From: a virus
Lineage: Duplodnaviria; Heunggongvirae; Uroviricota; Caudoviricetes
Virus record (IMG/VR): IMGVR_UViG_2974649431_000001
Span: 92,282 to 156,281 of that record
Length of the DNA: 64,000 nt
Reading direction: 5' to 3' (one strand)
Positions 62,758-64,000 of the stretch are shown piece after piece. How positions within the stretch are numbered: position 1 is the stretch's first letter; every line of letters starts with the position of its first letter. A model generated the notes under the pieces. It was not told the DNA's origin and ran no database searches. It saw only the letters and a list, made by a program, of their open reading frames with translations. Position numbers and translations under genes: made by a program.

Positions 62758-62802
62758 ACGTGTTACATTGCTTGCAGGACTTACAAGGGGTGTCGGCAAT
62801 TC

Positions 62803-63144
62803 ATGACAAAGCGCAAGCAAGATCCGCGTAAAGCAGCAGCCCTCGCTAAGGAGTGGGAGGCAATGCTAGCTAAGCACGCAGCACCCCTGGAGCGGGGAGC
62901 AAAGGCCAAGGGCGTGCGCAGCGCCCCGGTGGTCAAGACAAAGAGCATCACAGCGTGGGTGGGCAACGAGCGGGAAGTGAACCGACTCCCCTCGCACGTG
63001 ACGCCGGGCGGCGACACTTCAGTTCCACGCAAGCAAGCATATACAGGCACGCTAATAAAGGGCATCGCAACGATGCACAAGTCCAACGCCGTGCCCATCC
63101 TCAACGAGGACGACGCAGTCGCAGTCGCGACAATGCGCCGGTAG
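62803..63144 (+). CDS. hypothetical basic protein (113 aa)
   Basis: ORF. Confidence 0.45.
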   Translation: MTKRKQDPRKAAALAKEWEAMLAKHAAPLERGAKAKGVRSAPVVKTKSITAWVGNEREVNRLPSHVTPGGDTSVPRKQAYTGTLIKGIATMHKSNAVPILNEDDAVAVATMRR

Positions 63145-63263
63145 CTTACAAAATCTTACACATTCCTTCGCCTTGCAAGCTGAAAACGCTTGCAGGGACG
63201 CCCGCGTTCCTTTACATTTGAACTACGGCAACAACGCCGTTCAACACTAAAGGAAACTAGATC

Positions 63264-63611
63264 ATGAACACCGCTAACATCCAATCCGTCGACGCTTTCG
63301 CCCTGAACCTGCAACTGGCACAGGCCGTGGGTGGTCAGAAGGCACAGATCCACGTGATCACCGGCAAGCACGGTAACCGCGTGCGCCTGCTGACGCCGAA
63401 GGGAAAGTGGCGCATGGTCAACTTCCACAACCCTACTTTCAGCCGCCAGCTGGAAAAGGCACTCGACTGCAAGATCGACGAAGACAACGGCACGTTTCGT
63501 GCTAAACTGCCCAACGCGCGGGTAGGAGTGAAGGCGGACAATCGTCGTCTCGCAGTCGCCCTCGCAGCGCTGAAGGTGCCGAGCCCCAAAGGCCTGGCGA
63601 TTGCACACTGA
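63264..63611 (+). CDS. hypothetical protein (115 aa)
   Basis: RBS AAAGGAAA. Confidence 0.5.
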   Translation: MNTANIQSVDAFALNLQLAQAVGGQKAQIHVITGKHGNRVRLLTPKGKWRMVNFHNPTFSRQLEKALDCKIDEDNGTFRAKLPNARVGVKADNRRLAVALAALKVPSPKGLAIAH

Positions 63612-63645
63612 AACAGGGGGCCGATGGACCCCCAAAGAGGGGTTT

Positions 63646-63888
63646 ATGCTGTCTGCTGTTAAATCTTGCGTGTCCAGGGTCGCGAAGCTCTCCAAGCGGA
63701 GCTCCGACCCTGATTTCACGACTGCGCCCTGGTCCATGACCCTGGGTTTCCCTGGGACCGATGCGAGCATCGTGCTGCACAGCGCAACCCCCGCTGAGTG
63801 CAAGCAGGAAGCACAGCGCCTCAAGGCCCTGGGCTGGGTGGCAACGGCAGACGAGCCCGAGTACAAAACAAAGTTCACGAGCCCCTGA
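63646..63888 (+). CDS. hypothetical protein (80 aa)
   Basis: ATG 63646 after GAGGGG (the track used TTG 63601). Confidence 0.4.
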   Translation: MLSAVKSCVSRVAKLSKRSSDPDFTTAPWSMTLGFPGTDASIVLHSATPAECKQEAQRLKALGWVATADEPEYKTKFTSP

Positions 63889-63931
63889 AGAAAGCGCCGA
63901 AATGGCGCTACAATAGTGGCTAAGTAACAAC

Positions 63932-64000
63932 GCGGAGTAGCTCAGTTGGTTAGAGCGCCGGACTCATAATCCGGAGGTCGCAGGTTCGAGTCCTGCCTAC
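63932..64000 (+). tRNA. tRNA (anticodon CAT; Met or lysidine-modified Ile2), truncated at the window edge
   Basis: D-arm TAGCTCAGTTGGTTAGAGC. Anticodon stem-loop CCGGA-CTCATAA-TCCGG. Variable loop AGGTC. T-arm GCAGG-TTCGAGT-CCTGC. 3' acceptor strand cut after CTAC. GCTACAAT box 20 nt upstream. Confidence 0.8.

Noticed and set aside
1-64000. CRISPR arrays, integrase/attachment sites, transposases.
   Set aside because: No short regularly spaced direct repeats are visible. No integrase/recombinase-like or transposase-like ORF was seen. The only repeats are promoter cassettes and one tandem gene duplication.

Overview
This 64 kb window reads as a contiguous piece of a high-GC (~60%) virulent T4-superfamily-like phage genome. 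It is gene-dense, and all genes are on the + strand except 45..878, 25404..26025 and 61546..62289. Recognisable T4-type replication and recombination genes run from about 0.9 to 8.4 kb: gp61-type primase, PhoH, T4 RNase H/FEN, gp59-like helicase loader, gp32 SSB, DexA and RdgC. Nucleotide-metabolism genes follow: host-type RNase HI, a MazG-like protein, ThyX, class I RNR NrdA/NrdB and a glutaredoxin. An NAD+ salvage pair is present (NMNAT-Nudix plus Nampt). A gene cluster at 44.9-48.8 kb looks like a split RNA end-healing/sealing set (RNA ligase, polynucleotide kinase, HD phosphohydrolase, metallophosphoesterase). A block of tail-fibre-like structural genes sits at 27.5-31.8 kb (collagen-like protein, pectate-lyase-type beta-helix). 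A partial tRNA with anticodon CAT lies at the 3' edge. Many small proteins are hypothetical, membrane-associated or zinc-binding. Non-coding architecture is rich: one promoter class carries a TGGAA-N3-TTCCA palindrome with an identical ~18-nt leader (three near-identical copies plus one degenerate copy). A second class has a TGCTACAAT extended -10. Several GC-stem/U-tract terminators and a tandemly duplicated promoter+gene unit are present. A ~715-nt stop-codon-dense intergenic region (35.5-36.2 kb) precedes a lipoprotein/membrane-protein pair; it is my strongest candidate for something undescribed, possibly a large structured RNA. A second candidate is a Pol-beta-type nucleotidyltransferase whose 3' end overlaps a P-loop gene just upstream of nrdA. 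All functional calls come from motif recognition by eye, with no database searches, and start codons are frequently uncertain.
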